This document shows positions 1 to 20,700 of a stretch of 64,000 nucleotides of DNA, in pieces. Origin of the DNA: Lingula anatina (lineage: Eukaryota > Animalia > Brachiopoda); the NCBI GenBank assembly GCA_051362555.1, contig CM120640.1, positions 43,564,788-43,628,787 on the forward strand. The letters are read 5' to 3'. Numbering within the stretch: position 1 is the first letter of the stretch; the number at the start of each line of letters is the position of its first letter. The translations under genes were made by a program, and so were the position numbers. Under the pieces are notes generated by a model. That model made no database searches, was not told the origin of the DNA, and saw nothing but the letters and a program-made list of their open reading frames with translations.

Positions 1-616
1 TGGCAATATTATGCTGTAGGACTTGGTGACATTATGGAGCTATGTATCCATTTAAATACATTGCAGTTCCCAATACTAGATTTTGAGAGGTTAAAAATTC
101 TAAGTTCAGTATTCTTTTTTATCCTACTGACACAGGCACACCTACCCTAAATAAATAAGGCAATAAGGGCAGTTGAAATAAACAGGCAAAAACTAAAACT
201 TTGCTTCACTTGCATGTGTTTACTTATAAAGATCCATTACTCTTCTCTGTAATGTGCTGTATTGCACATATAGCTAAAACTGATAAGAAAATTAAAAAAT
301 ACACCACAGGACAAAAAGTTATGACTTTTATCAATTCCATCTTAATATGTATAATATTAGATTTTAACATAACATTAATAAACAAGGCAACAACTGTTAA
401 ATTTACGGTAGACACCATTTTACAAAAACCAAAAATCTGTACAAAAGAATTATTGAATAATTAATAAGATAATCATTTGATTCAAGTGGCCAACAGCACT
501 TGGCTTTGATTAAAAACAACTCCACAGGAACTTGAATTGTTCTGAAATGGCTTGGTTCTCTAAATCTATCAACCAAAGAACAAATTCATTATTATAAATT
601 ACCTTGGATGTATTCA

Positions 617-7253
<6,637 letters not shown>

Positions 7254-7428
7254 CTGAAAATATGACCAGTATCATAAACTGACAATGTACCAACTCACTG
7301 TATCTAATTCAGTCACATAGTATACTATATAAACATATTTCTTTATATCCTTTTAAATCTGTAATATCATTGCCCGTATTTACCATATTTACTTGAAGTT
7401 CAATTCTATTAATTATTTGCTGTCCTAG

Positions 7429-7622
7429 TAGGCCAGAAAGGGGATGGGGTACAGGGAGTTTGAAAGAATGACCCTTTTGGCTGGAAAATGTCTGCTCTGC
7501 ATCCATTTTTGACCTAGGTTCTACAATATATTCCTTAACCTGGGTCAACTAAGGGTGTTAACAGGTCCACTTTTTCAGAAAAAAGTCCTCCCACTCCTTT
7601 GATACTATTGGCTACAGGCCTG
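7429..7622. mobile_element. Degenerate MITE with 5-bp TSD
   Basis: Ends TAGGCC... / ...GGCCTG, flanked by CCTAG at 7424-7428 and 7623-7627. Confidence 0.5.
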
Positions 7623-7817
7623 CCTAGTGCAGACTTAATATATTTTTTCTGACCACAACAACAATCTTATTGGTCTAAGTACAAACAGTCATAATCAAAG
7701 AATGCTTATCAAGAGTTTTTCTTTTTTTTATATAGAATGAATTTCACTACCTTTAACTATTTGCATTGTGTGAAAGAAAGGCTTCAATCCAGCCAGCACT
7801 GCTCAAAGTTGAAGATG

Positions 7818-8081
7818 AAGTGGCAGATTTAGAGGGGGGTCAAGGGGGTCCTGACCCCCCCCCCCTTCGCTTTCTGGTCCCCTCTTGAAATCAGAATTTT
7901 AACTATAGCTGAATCATAGTTCTAAACCATACCAAATGACATTGTTCGCCCTCTAAAATACCAAAATTTTTCAGGGCCCTTCAGCGGGCCCCAAACCCCA
8001 TACCAAGTGGTGGTGGTGTGGGGGGAGAGGGTTGGTTTCGCATTTGCAGACCCCCTTCAAATAATCATGAATCCACCCCTG
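7818..8081. mobile_element. Degenerate hAT-like MITE with 5-bp TSD
   Basis: Ends AAGTGGCAGATT / AATCCACCCCTG (decayed CAGKGGCGGAT-type TIR), G/C-run interior, flanked by AGATG at 7813-7817 and 8082-8086. Confidence 0.6.
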
Positions 8082-11000
8082 AGATGGATGTAACTGTAAC
8101 ATCAGGTGGGCATATTTATGTATTCTGACATGGGGGGAAAACCAAATAACAAAATTCATAGCACAGAAAGAAATGACCCCGAGCCAATATTAAAACAAAA
8201 ACTGAATGAATACATCTTGTTAGATCACAGGAACCCTATTTAATATGGTACGTCATGTATATTAATTTTTTCCATAACAAATTTACCATCAACAACAGGA
8301 AGTTATTAATGTTACAGTAGCATGGTGTTAATCTTATGAGCACAAGTAAATGCGTTAGCTTAAGTATGGGATTTGTGAGCTGGATACCTGGCTCCCTGCC
8401 ATTCAAACATGTTGCCAAACATTCAAGACAGGGTTAGAATGTCTTTTCCATATTGCACACAATTTTTGATAGTTGAAAACTTTTGTATGCCACTGACCAT
8501 AATGAAGTGATTTAATTAAAGCCCTTCTCAAATGACAACATCTTTAACCTAACATTTTACCCTACTATTTAACTTTAGACAAATAAATATAAATATATAT
8601 ATATATATATCCAAGTCAAGTACTAAAATAAATCAAGCATAGGTTTAATATTATTCCAGAGCATATATTTTTACCATTGTGTTCTACTGCATGCCAAAGA
8701 CATCATTTCAATGCTTCCATTAGTAGAGTCAATAATTAGGAAGGCTTTGGAAAACATCACAAGTCATTGTGCTGGTTTATTGATGGTTTTAGGTAATGTT
8801 TACTTTTTTGGTTTCCCAGGCCATAGCTTGCATATAACAACCTCAAATGCCCAAGACAGGACAGTTTCACATTCAATAGCTGTCATCTTTATCAGAGCAT
8901 GTACATTTATGAAGTGATATTTAATAACCTGAGTATGTCTTTCAAATTGATATTATAAATCATGACTGTCATGAAAGTCCTTATTCAAAAAAATGAAATA
9001 TGATATACTAATTGTTTTTTCATGAACTGCACTTTACAACTGCCTTAAAAGATGTACTTGTTAAGGTTTTAAGATTTTTTTTTGTTTTCTTGTTCATGTG
9101 TACACCTGTTTATATATACTTATTAGAGAATATGGCTCATTAGATTATTATTGGAATGAAAGAATATTCAAACCAACCACCCCATCATCAAATCAAGTAA
9201 TTGATTTATACACCTTGATCATAATAGTGTCTGAGCACAATTTTTGTGTGCTAGTACATAAACCTATTGTTATTTTTATGTTACAGTTTTAGCACATGTA
9301 GCAAATATATATTGTTAGGTTTTAGTATGTCATTGTAAAAAAATGTTTTTTTACTGAAATAAATGCCATGGTAACAAAAATGAGTGTTTGTGTGAAGTTG
9401 ATTCATGTTTATTAGCTTAAAGAGTAACTATAGTAATGCCAAATGTCATACCAATATTGCAGTGGCTATATTTAGCTGACAATTAAATGCTTTTCAGTCT
9501 ATTTTTATGTGACTGTCTTGTTCTTCCAGGAATGCATGTGCAAGTTAGGTTACCTAATTGGCAGGTATTATAAGAGTGTACGGTGAGTGTGTGTGTGTGT
9601 GATTAAAAATAGCACTCTCACATAATATAACTTTGTTCATCCTGTTGGTATGATCAAGTATGTCTTATTTTGGACTTAAATCACTTGTAGAAAAGTACAT
9701 TCCTAAATGTTAAATGCAGCAGATACAGTTTTCATATGATCAATGGTAGGATAGAGGAAGTGAATATATAAATAATTAAAAACCTTTTTAAATATGATTT
9801 TCGGTATTATCATGCCTTCATCAGAGGAAAATTTCTACCTAACATATCTCTACTCAAGATATTGTGTATATGATATGTGTGTCAAGCCTAATATCTTATT
9901 ACTGTGTAATAATTTTATTGAATATGTTTTGCAAAATACATGTCAGACCTGGCAGAAGCATCCAAAGTCTTTTATCTAGTCTAGCTGTCTTTAACAGCAT
10001 TAATTCTATGTGAGTGCATTTTGTTATGATTATTCCTTACCTCCATATTTGAACAAGAGAGTTTGCATGCATGACAAGAAGCACTTAAAATAGTCTAGGA
10101 GAGTCAGTTTTTAGGCATGTACATGTGAATATACTTATGTAAATTTATTTGAACCTGCACTTTTATTAATCTATTATTATAATAAGATACATGCACTGCA
10201 TAAAACAGACTGGATTCAACATTTGTACAATTTTCCCTGTTGGTACTAGTACAGGCAGACTATCTACAATGATTCAATGCCAAACTCCATTCACACATCT
10301 CATATCACAGGTTTTCAAAGTGTACAAAACACAAGGTATCGGGTTGAATCTTAAGCTTGGAGAGCAATATCTTAATTAACACTGACACTGACATCTATCT
10401 TTATGACAATGACTCTGATAGCCATAGATCATTGACCTACCAGTACATGATCATGATCAAAACCACTGTAGAGAAAAACAAGACAGTACTCACCCATGAC
10501 ACAATACCTTCCTGCTTGCTGTTACCAGGCAGAAATCAATGTCATCTGCATGAGGACTTACAATGTCAAGGCATCAAATACTCAGAGCTTAGGGTTCTCA
10601 TCATATCCAATTTCTCCTTCTGTAGATTCTAGTGACACTTCACATCCTGCAACCTCTTCAGTAACGTATATCATATATCTTTTACCGAAGGAACGTACAT
10701 ATTGGTGACCTATGAGTACTATAAATTATGTTTTGCAATGCCCACTCTCCTTTGGTTCAATCTAAATGAATGTTTCAGCTTGTTGATTTAGTTGACTTGC
10801 CTCAGAATCACCTGTTGGGTGTGGAACTGCCACACATGTGATGCATTACAGCATTATAATTTAGGCACTAAATTTTAAGGGCTACCATGAGCTGTCTGCA
10901 TGAATACCAATTGTCTGATCCAGTAGTAGCTCGTTTTTTTACTCCTACTGTATATCTGTAGGAAGGCTGATGGTGCTTCACCAGTTCACTGTGGTATCTG

Positions 11001-14000
11001 TCTTGAAAAGCAATGTCAGCAATCATTCTGGGCACAGTACATCATTCCCAACATGACAATCTAGGTAGCTGTGCCTGATATTTGATATCTTTGTAATCTC
11101 CAGAAGCTTACACTTTGAAGAATACCTTCAGCTCATATTGAGACTGATAGTGCTCAACAATTTCAACACTTTCCACCAAAAAAAGGTTCAGCATTGCCTC
11201 AGCCCAGCATTGTACTTTAATTAATAACCTTCTGGGCAGTCTTGGTCGCTGTAAAGTCCACCATTTATGAAGATGTCAGCTATAGAATTTTGCTCACCTG
11301 AAAGAATATTTAGACAGTGTATTATAATCGCAGTACAACAATATGCTTAATGTAAGCTCAAATACAAATATTTTCCCTGTGCTTCAAAGCACAGTTCACT
11401 AGTTGCTTTAACCAAGAGCAACAGAACAAACAGTCTATACATGGCACAGCACTGAATATTTTGATCTATCTTTAGGTCTATATTTCAGACAAAGGAACAT
11501 TTCTGTTATGAAAATAAACATTCATTGGCAAAGTGGGACAACAGCTAAAACAGGTGCATTTCTACATAAAAGTGAGGTTAAGCTTATACAATTGCATACA
11601 AACAAATTAGACTGTATTATGTGTCATGTTATTTCACCACTTTCGCATTACAAAAAATTACACATAAAAAGTAGGATGTCTTGGTGCAAATGTACTATTA
11701 CCTAAGACAGTGTAGGTACTGTACGTAATACATAAAGTAAATGCTAATCAGTTTATTGAAAGTTACAACTAAATCAAAAGGATGTGCTTTACTTAGTTTT
11801 TATGAGACAAAAGAAATTCTACCTTGCAAAACTGTTTTCAAAAAAAAATCACTGAGAAAATTTTATAAACTGACGAAATTTTGCAATGTATCCTTTTACT
11901 TTAACAGGACAAATACATTTTAATATCAACTTTTATTTTGTTCTGATACCTTGCAAAAATTCAACCCTCTAATTTCTTTCAACTATAAAAATATCCATGA
12001 TAATTATTGATTCATATTCAAGACTTAAAAATGTAACTCTCCTATTGGCAATAACCATTTCATTTCTCATAAGGCGTGAAAAGTTAACATGAGGCATTTC
12101 ATCCATTTGCACAAAATAAATAAAATAAATGTACTCATGTCTTTCAACATCAATTTTATGCCAAGTGTGGGCAACTACTAAGTTTTGAAATCCAAGCCCA
12201 TAAAGAGAATCAATATCTTGACAATAATTGCTCCAGTGTCCTGCCAATGATTTTCATTTCCTGGGCATTGGGTTGTAAGGCAAATTTAGGTGGATTTATT
12301 TTCTCAGTCATATATCACTTTGATTTAATAGCATACAATTTGTCAATCCAGAGCTTACCAAACTGGTGAAAAAGAACAGCAACTACAGGCAATTTAAACA
12401 ATTTTTTGTCAGTTTCTCAGTATGTTTTTTATCCTGTCTTGAACTATTGTAATGATAATAGAAATGTTACAAAAACTACCCACAACCTTGGTGAAATTGA
12501 TTATTCAAAACAATATTAAAATAAAAAGCTTGCAAGGGGTAATAAGGCTATACATGCACTTCGTACAGATTACACAAAAAGTATTCTCCTATGGAATTAG
12601 CTAAAATTACACATCAAAATAGTCAAAACACCACTGAATCTTTCATTATAGTACAAATGAGAATGGATAAATAATACAAATAGCATTATACTGCTGCAAA
12701 TCTCATTTCCATTAGTTCTACACTGTTGACAGACCTTAAGTATTTGATGTCTACATTTTGGACTTTAAATGTACAAGGCAGCATTCAATAAAATAGCTAT
12801 TCATACAACAAAAACACAAAAATGAGATAAATTTATACTGCTGAGAAAACAAAGCATCAACAAAGCAGCTTAAACAATATAGTTGACTTATAATATTTTT
12901 TCAACAGCAGCTTTCTCTTACGATGGTTTGGTTTCCCAGCTACAACTCTGGGTCCTTACAAACTAATGAACAGAAAGAGCAGTTCAGTTTTCCACTCATA
13001 AAATTGGCCACATAAAAAATATGATAACAATAAAGGGATAGAAAAGTTATAAAGATTATAATGAGATGGACCCCTCAGGTCTTATAAACAAAGAAAATGG
13101 CAGTGTGCAACATACATGCACACAGGGTGCATATAATAATAAAGGACTAGTACGTGCAAATTGCCTGTTTACAGTCCTTGCTATGGTACGTTTTGCAGTT
13201 ATTGAAGGTTTATTTTCAATATTCCTTTTTTAGTGTAAAAACAAGTAATATGGCACATTTATAGATAATGGTATGGGTTGATAATTGAAGACCAACAGCC
13301 ATGTAGTTTTATAAAACTTGAATCATAACATTTCAGCATCTGTAGTATATTCTTTCTTCTACAACATACATATGCTCTGCCAATGCCCCATATAGTCAAG
13401 TAAGAACATTCTGTTCAAGTTATGATGCATGGCAATAATCTTTTTTTTTTTTTATTTTGTGGATTTAGGTATAAGTGTGCATAGTAAGTTGTTTTTTTTT
13501 GGGGGGGGGGGGGGGGGGGAGAGTGTGTTTTTACATATATATAACATTTTTTGAAAATTTGGACTGGAGCATCACCATGAGTTTATATGGCATCCATCAG
13601 CCTAAAGTTGCCATGAAGTTTTGTAATAAATTCATATTTCATTCTTAGTATAGACAGCAGCCTTGGCAGTGTTTCAAAACCAGGAGCCATTTGTTTTTCT
13701 CTCTTCCGCAATTCACAGTATATTTGTTCCATAGTCACTTCACCAGATTAAGGATCATGAGCACACAATATGAAATGTGCCAACAGCGAAATCAATAAAG
13801 AAACCTGTCTTTGCCAAGCAACAACCTATCTATAATGTACACGTTATAAGGACAACATAGTGCACTGCTCTCGTACAGGCAGAATGATGATTATATCAAA
13901 GAGAATGAATAAGCTATAATATGGGCCAAATGTGTCATTAAACCTGGGTATGATAGGTTAGGTTCATTCATCAATCCATCATCTTCCTTCAAAATGCACA

Positions 14001-15179
14001 ATTCAGCAAATGTCCTGGGTATTAAGCAATGTGCATATGCCAACAGCAACATAAATACACACATATATTTGAGAAATAATATCAATGATTTTAATTAAAA
14101 ACATTGATTTTAAAATTCAGACCTCCGTGAATGTAGCCATTATCATGTACCCGTATGTCTACATTGTCTACCCGTAAATAGTGGCTGCTTTGTAGCTAAA
14201 AGGCTAATATATTGGATCTATAATTAAGAAGAAATTGATTGTTTACATAGTCAAATCAATACATGCCAGTGTGATTACTGATTAATGATGACAACCAATA
14301 TCAAATAAAGACAAATGATCATCAGGATGACATGATGGAAATAATTAAAGAAGTTTCTGACTACATGTAGGTCTGAATCAAAGGTATATGACAGAAATAT
14401 ACAATGTCTTGATGTTTTGAAACTGATTCAAGAGAACCCATAGTTACAGGTGCAGCTGCATCATACATGTACAATGCAACAATTACCTTTCGTTGTTTTG
14501 TTTAATGATAATCTAATGAAATCATCTAGGTCTTTATGAAAAGCAGACACTTTTACTGGTGCGCCCAGGATATCAAGTGGCATTTTTTCATTCATGTAGA
14601 TCAAAATCTGTGAAACATGCTTCATCAGTCATAAATTCTTAAAACTAAAACACTATAACTATTGAGTGGTACCACCAAAACTGAAAATGCAGGCTACCTT
14701 ATAGTTCTTTTCTATAAAGTAAAATCACTGCAAATGCTAAAGAGAAATATATTTTAATGATTCCAAAATAATGTATTGGAAATATTCATAATTTTTCCCC
14801 ACTGAAAAGATATTTCTGTAATCCCAGTATGTGAGTTGAAAGAAAATGCAACAGTTCTGTACTTGCTCACTTACAAGAGAAGTGAATGGAATAGAAAATG
14901 TACAGTAAGAGTGCTAAACACATGAAAAAAACGAACTTATGCAAAATTTGATCTAGGATCCTTTTTCAAAAAAAGTACGTGCCCACCCCCTTTGAAATCT
15001 CCTTCAACTCCTGTCCAGCGATGTGGACACAGACAGGGGATAGCAATATGTACATAATACAGACACACGTACAAAAAAGTTTTACTTATTACATCACCTA
15101 AATATCGCATTGCTGGGCGATAAGTGCATTAAAAGAGGGTACATATCATGATACGTAAGAGGTGTACATGTATAGTGCG

Positions 15180-15960
15180 GAAGATAAAACGAAATATGTT
15201 GTGAACTAATTGGCATAAAAAGTTCATTGTGGCATGCCATTAGGCATTATCTTCAAGTTTACATCTCTACCGGTAGTCAAGTCAATGTTTACGTTAAAAA
15301 GTGAAAAGAGATCCTCGTTTATAGTAATACCAACGTTAAGATACGAAAATTATTCGCCGGCAAGAGAAAACGCATAATTACCTCTGCTGTCGCAAAAACA
15401 CGCCTGGAGACAAAGCAACAATCACCCTGCGTTGAGCAAGCATTAGGCGTAATGTAAGTGTCGAGTCAATAACTCGCTTACATCAATATTAATTGACATC
15501 CGCTGTGTATTTCAGCACTTTCTACTTTCTGTGATTTTTCCAAACCTGAAAAAAAGATTTCTGTGCAAATAGTACACAGAACGCTTTGTCTTTGAAATAA
15601 GAATTTTTTTAAACCCCTATAGTGAAACATTATAACTGAGCAGTCAATCTAAATTAACGTATACCGCGAGTCAATTATAAAAAAAATAATTGGTGCATGT
15701 AGAAGTTTCCCGATTCGTAAACGGTTCTGAAGAAAACAGGGGGGGAGATTAACATGTAGACAACACAACTAATGTAGATCTAATGAACAGCAAATTTATA
15801 TGGACACAATTTGATTTTTTTCTTATATCTTTTATTCACGGTAGAATTGATGTCAAGAATATCGGTGCATTGCTACAATTATGTACAATAAATAATCGAT
15901 TTGGAAGACTGCACGGAAAGACCGCATAGCCTGAAGTAAGCCTTCGAAGATGTGATAGGT
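15180..15960 (-). promoter_or_regulatory. CpG-richer island, candidate promoter/5' exon of the ankyrin gene
   Basis: CG dinucleotides are visibly more frequent than in the CpG-depleted flanks; minus-strand donor-like CAGAG|GTAATT near 15381; lies between the 3' end of the large gene and the ankyrin gene. Inference only. Confidence 0.3.
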
Positions 15961-17788
15961 GTTCCCATTGTGCTCAGATACCCCTACTAAATTGCGTTTT
16001 GGAAAATGCACAGCCTTTAAACATAACTTCTAGGGCTAAAATAAAATGTACCAATGCACTCTGAGTTAAGTAACACTAACCTCCTTAAACAAATCATTTT
16101 GTATTTAATTAAACACCATTTCATGGTTTTTAAAATTAAAATTATGCTGCTTTTGGCCTCCAAAGACCAATTAAAGCACTTCAAGCACGGCAGTTGCGTT
16201 GTGCATATATATCTGGAGGTTGGGCAGCCCTGTGGAAATCTGGTTTACAACTAATCTGACCTCTGTCGCCTTCAAATATTTTTATTGTGTTTAATTTATC
16301 GATTTTACTCTTTTTAGTGCTTACCTAGAAGAGCTTTTGGAAAGCATTTTTCATTGTTTTGTACAGGTTACACTACTCCCACATTGCAGCCAAGGTAGTC
16401 CCTACTGCCTGCTCACCCTAGCCTGTACCAATCAGAGGGGTTTCTGGCTTGTATTCATAGGTCTACTATTCCTGTCACGCCTGCATTATTGTTTAGATGT
16501 GTTAGAGGGATTTATTATAAAAGCGGAGACAAATTTACCTTATGTTAGCACAAAGATCAAAGCAATAGTAGTTTTATCTACTTTAAATTTTCTGAATTGG
16601 ATATTCACACTACATCATATACATGTTTAATATGTGAATTTTTATCAAATATTTTTGAATTTATTAAAATCTATTTTGATGTGACTTTTACAAATCCACC
16701 CCATTATTTGTAAAAATTTGAATTCTCCAGGAGCTTTAGAATTGACATTTTTGTTTCTTAAAGTGAAAAAAAAAAAAAAAAAGACTCAAGGTAAACCTCA
16801 TTCAAATAGGTTTAAGCAGTTGTTTTACACCTCTGCAATAGTAAGGAGTTCCATACATCTTTGTAAAAATGACTATGCTTACGAATAAATACTTTTTGGT
16901 GATGTAACTACTGTGCCTATGGTTATGGGTGAGAAAGATGGTCAAAAACAAGCTAACAGGGATGAGAATAAAATCCTGTAAGGAGCATTTCCAGTGCACT
17001 GTAAAATTTTTGCTATTGATTTCATATTCCTATTTTGTATATCATTTTAATCTGGACTTTTATCGTTTGGTGATAAAAGTGATAAAAAAGGAAATTGATG
17101 CATTAAGGCAAAAGAAATATTTATTCTTGTCTCATTTACATAGTGTAAGTTAATCTGACCAAAGGAAACATATCATTAATATATATTTTTTTCAAATAGT
17201 AATGCCATTAAAAAGCAACAAAGCACTTTCTTTTTGATTTTGTGCATGTTCTTTGGCACATAAAAAGAGAAAAATACTTTCTTGGAAGACATAAGTAATA
17301 CCCTTCCCGTGTTAAACTAAGCCATTTTTTCTTGATGTTTACAAAAAGTGGTCAATATTCTTAAAATTGCATTTGTGAAAATACTTGTAAAACAAAGCTC
17401 TGACATAATTCAATCTTCTGGTATTTCATCTTTGACATAATACTGAAAATTTCAAGTAAATCACTTCACTGTTATTTATAAATGGATGTTTACGAATTAC
17501 AATGTTTATTTATATGAAAGGAACATAAACTTAACTTTATAAAAATAATATCACATCTGTCCCATGAAGGCTTATGTAAGTCATTATTCAAAAATAAATT
17601 GATCACTAACGTAATGCTCATTGTTCTAGTTACAAAATAATCCTGTAATCTGTAATCTGTGACCAAATTCAGTAAATGCAAAAAATACAATATTTGCATA
17701 TATTAAGTAAAGAATTGGTTAACACACAAATCTGCACAAAGATAAAAAAAGGACTCAATTTCCCCTGGCCTCCACCTGTGTTAACAGC

Positions 17789-20700
17789 TCACTGACTATT
17801 TCTTAGCATGTGATCAAGTTTATGAAAGACCAGACTAGTCTGTCTGGCATGTACCATCCAACTTCCTATTGATGTGCCATTTTTGGTCATCATTTCTACA
17901 TGTCGCTGCTCTTTCAAGGACATAGGCCTACAAACTACTCCAAGTTCCTTTAATGCTTTCAAGACTTGATTGGATTTAAAGTTGGGGAAGAACTTCTTAT
18001 GGAATCTTTGGAGAGTTATGTACTGTTCATTACCACGTTCCACACATGGGAATGGGACATTCAATATTTTGACAATCAATTTTCTTTCTGGCAAATTTGA
18101 ATAGTCTTCCACTTTTTTTCTTGAAGTAACACTGGATGCAATGTAATTATGCACTGTGTTGTTTCTTGAAACAGAAGCTACTTCAGTCCTGAAAGGGCTA
18201 GCACCAGTTTTCACAGTTGTTTTAGAAATAGGTCTGGTCGAAGATGTAGATGATCCAGACACCATCTCTTTCTCTGCATGCCCTTCTTTTACTGTATTGA
18301 TGCCAGTGGAAATTGATTTGCTGTGTTGAGAAGTGTGAGTAGAGGCTGATGAGTCAACAGGTACAACTTTGCTCTGTTGTGGGAGCCTAGTTGCCCCTTT
18401 AAAGGTTCTTTTATCCAAATTTAGTTCACCTGGTGGCATTTCAGTAGAGGTAACAGATGGGTGCTGTGCCAAGTTTTTATCCAAAGCAGCTGTGCCAACA
18501 GGAGCAGGATGGGAGTTATATTCAGAGTCACTTGTGAAGACTGCTGGGGAGACTTCGGGTTGTTCACAAATTCCAGCTTGGTCAATTTGGGAGTGAACAG
18601 GGTCCCTTGTTGAAATTGAGGAAGCATTTGGAGAAGCTATAGAATCATTACCTAAGTTACTGGTCAATTCAGGTTTCTCTACAGCATTGTGACGTTGAAC
18701 ATCGTGGCTATGGGAAGAACCTATCAAAGCCGCTGTGCCAATATGTTCAGAATCTTGGGCTGGAACTGAAGAGGCATTTGTCAAGGCAGATACTGAGCAA
18801 GTAGGAGGGACAGTGTGATTCTGGCTGAAGGTCTTTTCCAAGGAAGGTACTGGAAACTGAAGAGAACCATCTGAATGAATCTCTTTGGGTGTATGTTCCA
18901 CGCCCTCCATTCTCGAAGATGGCAATAAGTGAGAATCTGGAGTTGTCTTTGGTGAAACACATGTCTGTTCCATTTGTGCAGAAGATTCATCTCTAGATAT
19001 ATCTTGAACTTCCACTCCTTGCTCTTTGGTTTTCTTACTATGGACTTGAGATTTAAATCCTTCTTCAATAATAGTTCTAGACCTTTCTTTTAGTGATTTC
19101 ACTCCAGCTGCAATGGTTTTGTAATGGTGTTGCACAAAATTCAGGCTTACAGCGGTTGGGTCAAGATCCAGTTTTGCACCCTTAAGGTCTTCAGTATACT
19201 TTGCCATTAAATATTCTGAACTTGCCAAGTTTTGCATAGGAGCTCCTAACAGCATGCACACTTCCTTCAATTGTTCTAATGTGCATTTAAAATGATTGAC
19301 TAGTCCACTTAGCAGTGTTATTCCATTATACATATCTTTAAAAACTAAAACATCTAGCCTGCCATCCAATCTTTGAAGCCAGGCTCCTGCACAGACATCA
19401 GAATGGGAATCTCTGAAATATTTTTCCTTCCATATATATAACTTGCCATCTGTTCTTTTCACCAAAAGAAGTTTTGGGCTACATCTAGAAATTTGCAGAT
19501 AATTGGTGGCCTTGGCAGGCTGCGTAGTTTCATCAATCACCCTGCTGGATGCACTGATGTGCTCTGAAGATGTCTCAGCAGCTTCTTGATAATCGAGGCT
19601 GATATCTGATATTGGTCCATTGTCTAATAGCATCTTCTTCCTAGGAGAGATACCACCATTATCTTGCTTATCATCATGTTTTCGTTTAATCTCCGTGACA
19701 TAGGTCTCCTGGTTGATTACCTTGTGAAAACTAGGAACCACAGGTTGTGGTGTTTCTACGTTTTCCAAACTAGCCGCCTGGTGACTTCCTTTTGGTAAGG
19801 GCATGTCATTTGATGGAATATTTAATGTATCTATATCAATGTATTCAGGCTCACTGTCCACTTCTGAGATATCCATAGTATGGATTTCATGGGGAAAGAC
19901 ATCAGAAGGATCCTTTGCATTGTTACTCACATCTACTTCTTCCACTTCATCATCACTGATATCAATGACAATAATTGGAGGGGTTGTTTGTGCATTTCCA
20001 ACATTGGATGGTGATATTGAAGTTGCTGATGGTGCTGCATGTTCCTTGTCACCCCTGATGTTTTCTACCACCAAAGACTGGACACTTGAAGATTCAGATG
20101 AATTGCCCTCAACTTTAAGGTTTTTGATATCTAATGGTTTAACATTTTCTTCTTGGTGGAGATGAGGGTCAGTCGGAGAAACAAATGGTATACTAACTTC
20201 CTTCTTATGGTCTGTCTTTTCAATGCCCAAGAAGCTAGTTTTGACTGAAGTACAAGGCACTATCTCAGTTTCCTTACTTTGAGTGTCATCTACATCAGTG
20301 TTTGCCCTGGGAGTACTTTCCACTTTTTCAGAGAAGTCTTGTTCCTCTTCATCACTAAAATCAACAATCTCTCTTGAAATCAATATCAGGTTGTTCGACT
20401 TTGGTGGGACAGTAACTTTGACATTATACACTTCTGAAACATAATCAGTGTCAGTGTTCAACAAACGACTGGCACCTGTGTCAGCATTGTCTGTGGATGG
20501 ACTATTTACTCCAGAACTACAAGCTTTATCCTGTGGTGTGTCTGGTATCACATCATTTACATCAGAAATGTGTCTAACATCACTTATGGTAATTTGATGT
20601 AAGCAATCCGTGGTATCAGCATTTGGGGTTTCAACAGCTGGGCCTTTGTTGGTGGAAGAACTTGAGTCATTTTTGTCAGTTATAGAGGATGATCCTTCCT

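Noticed and set aside
10380-11300. Coding-like composition suggesting an extra gene
   Set aside because: The frames I read are broken by stops and show no recognisable motif; probably an old TE fragment that I cannot classify.
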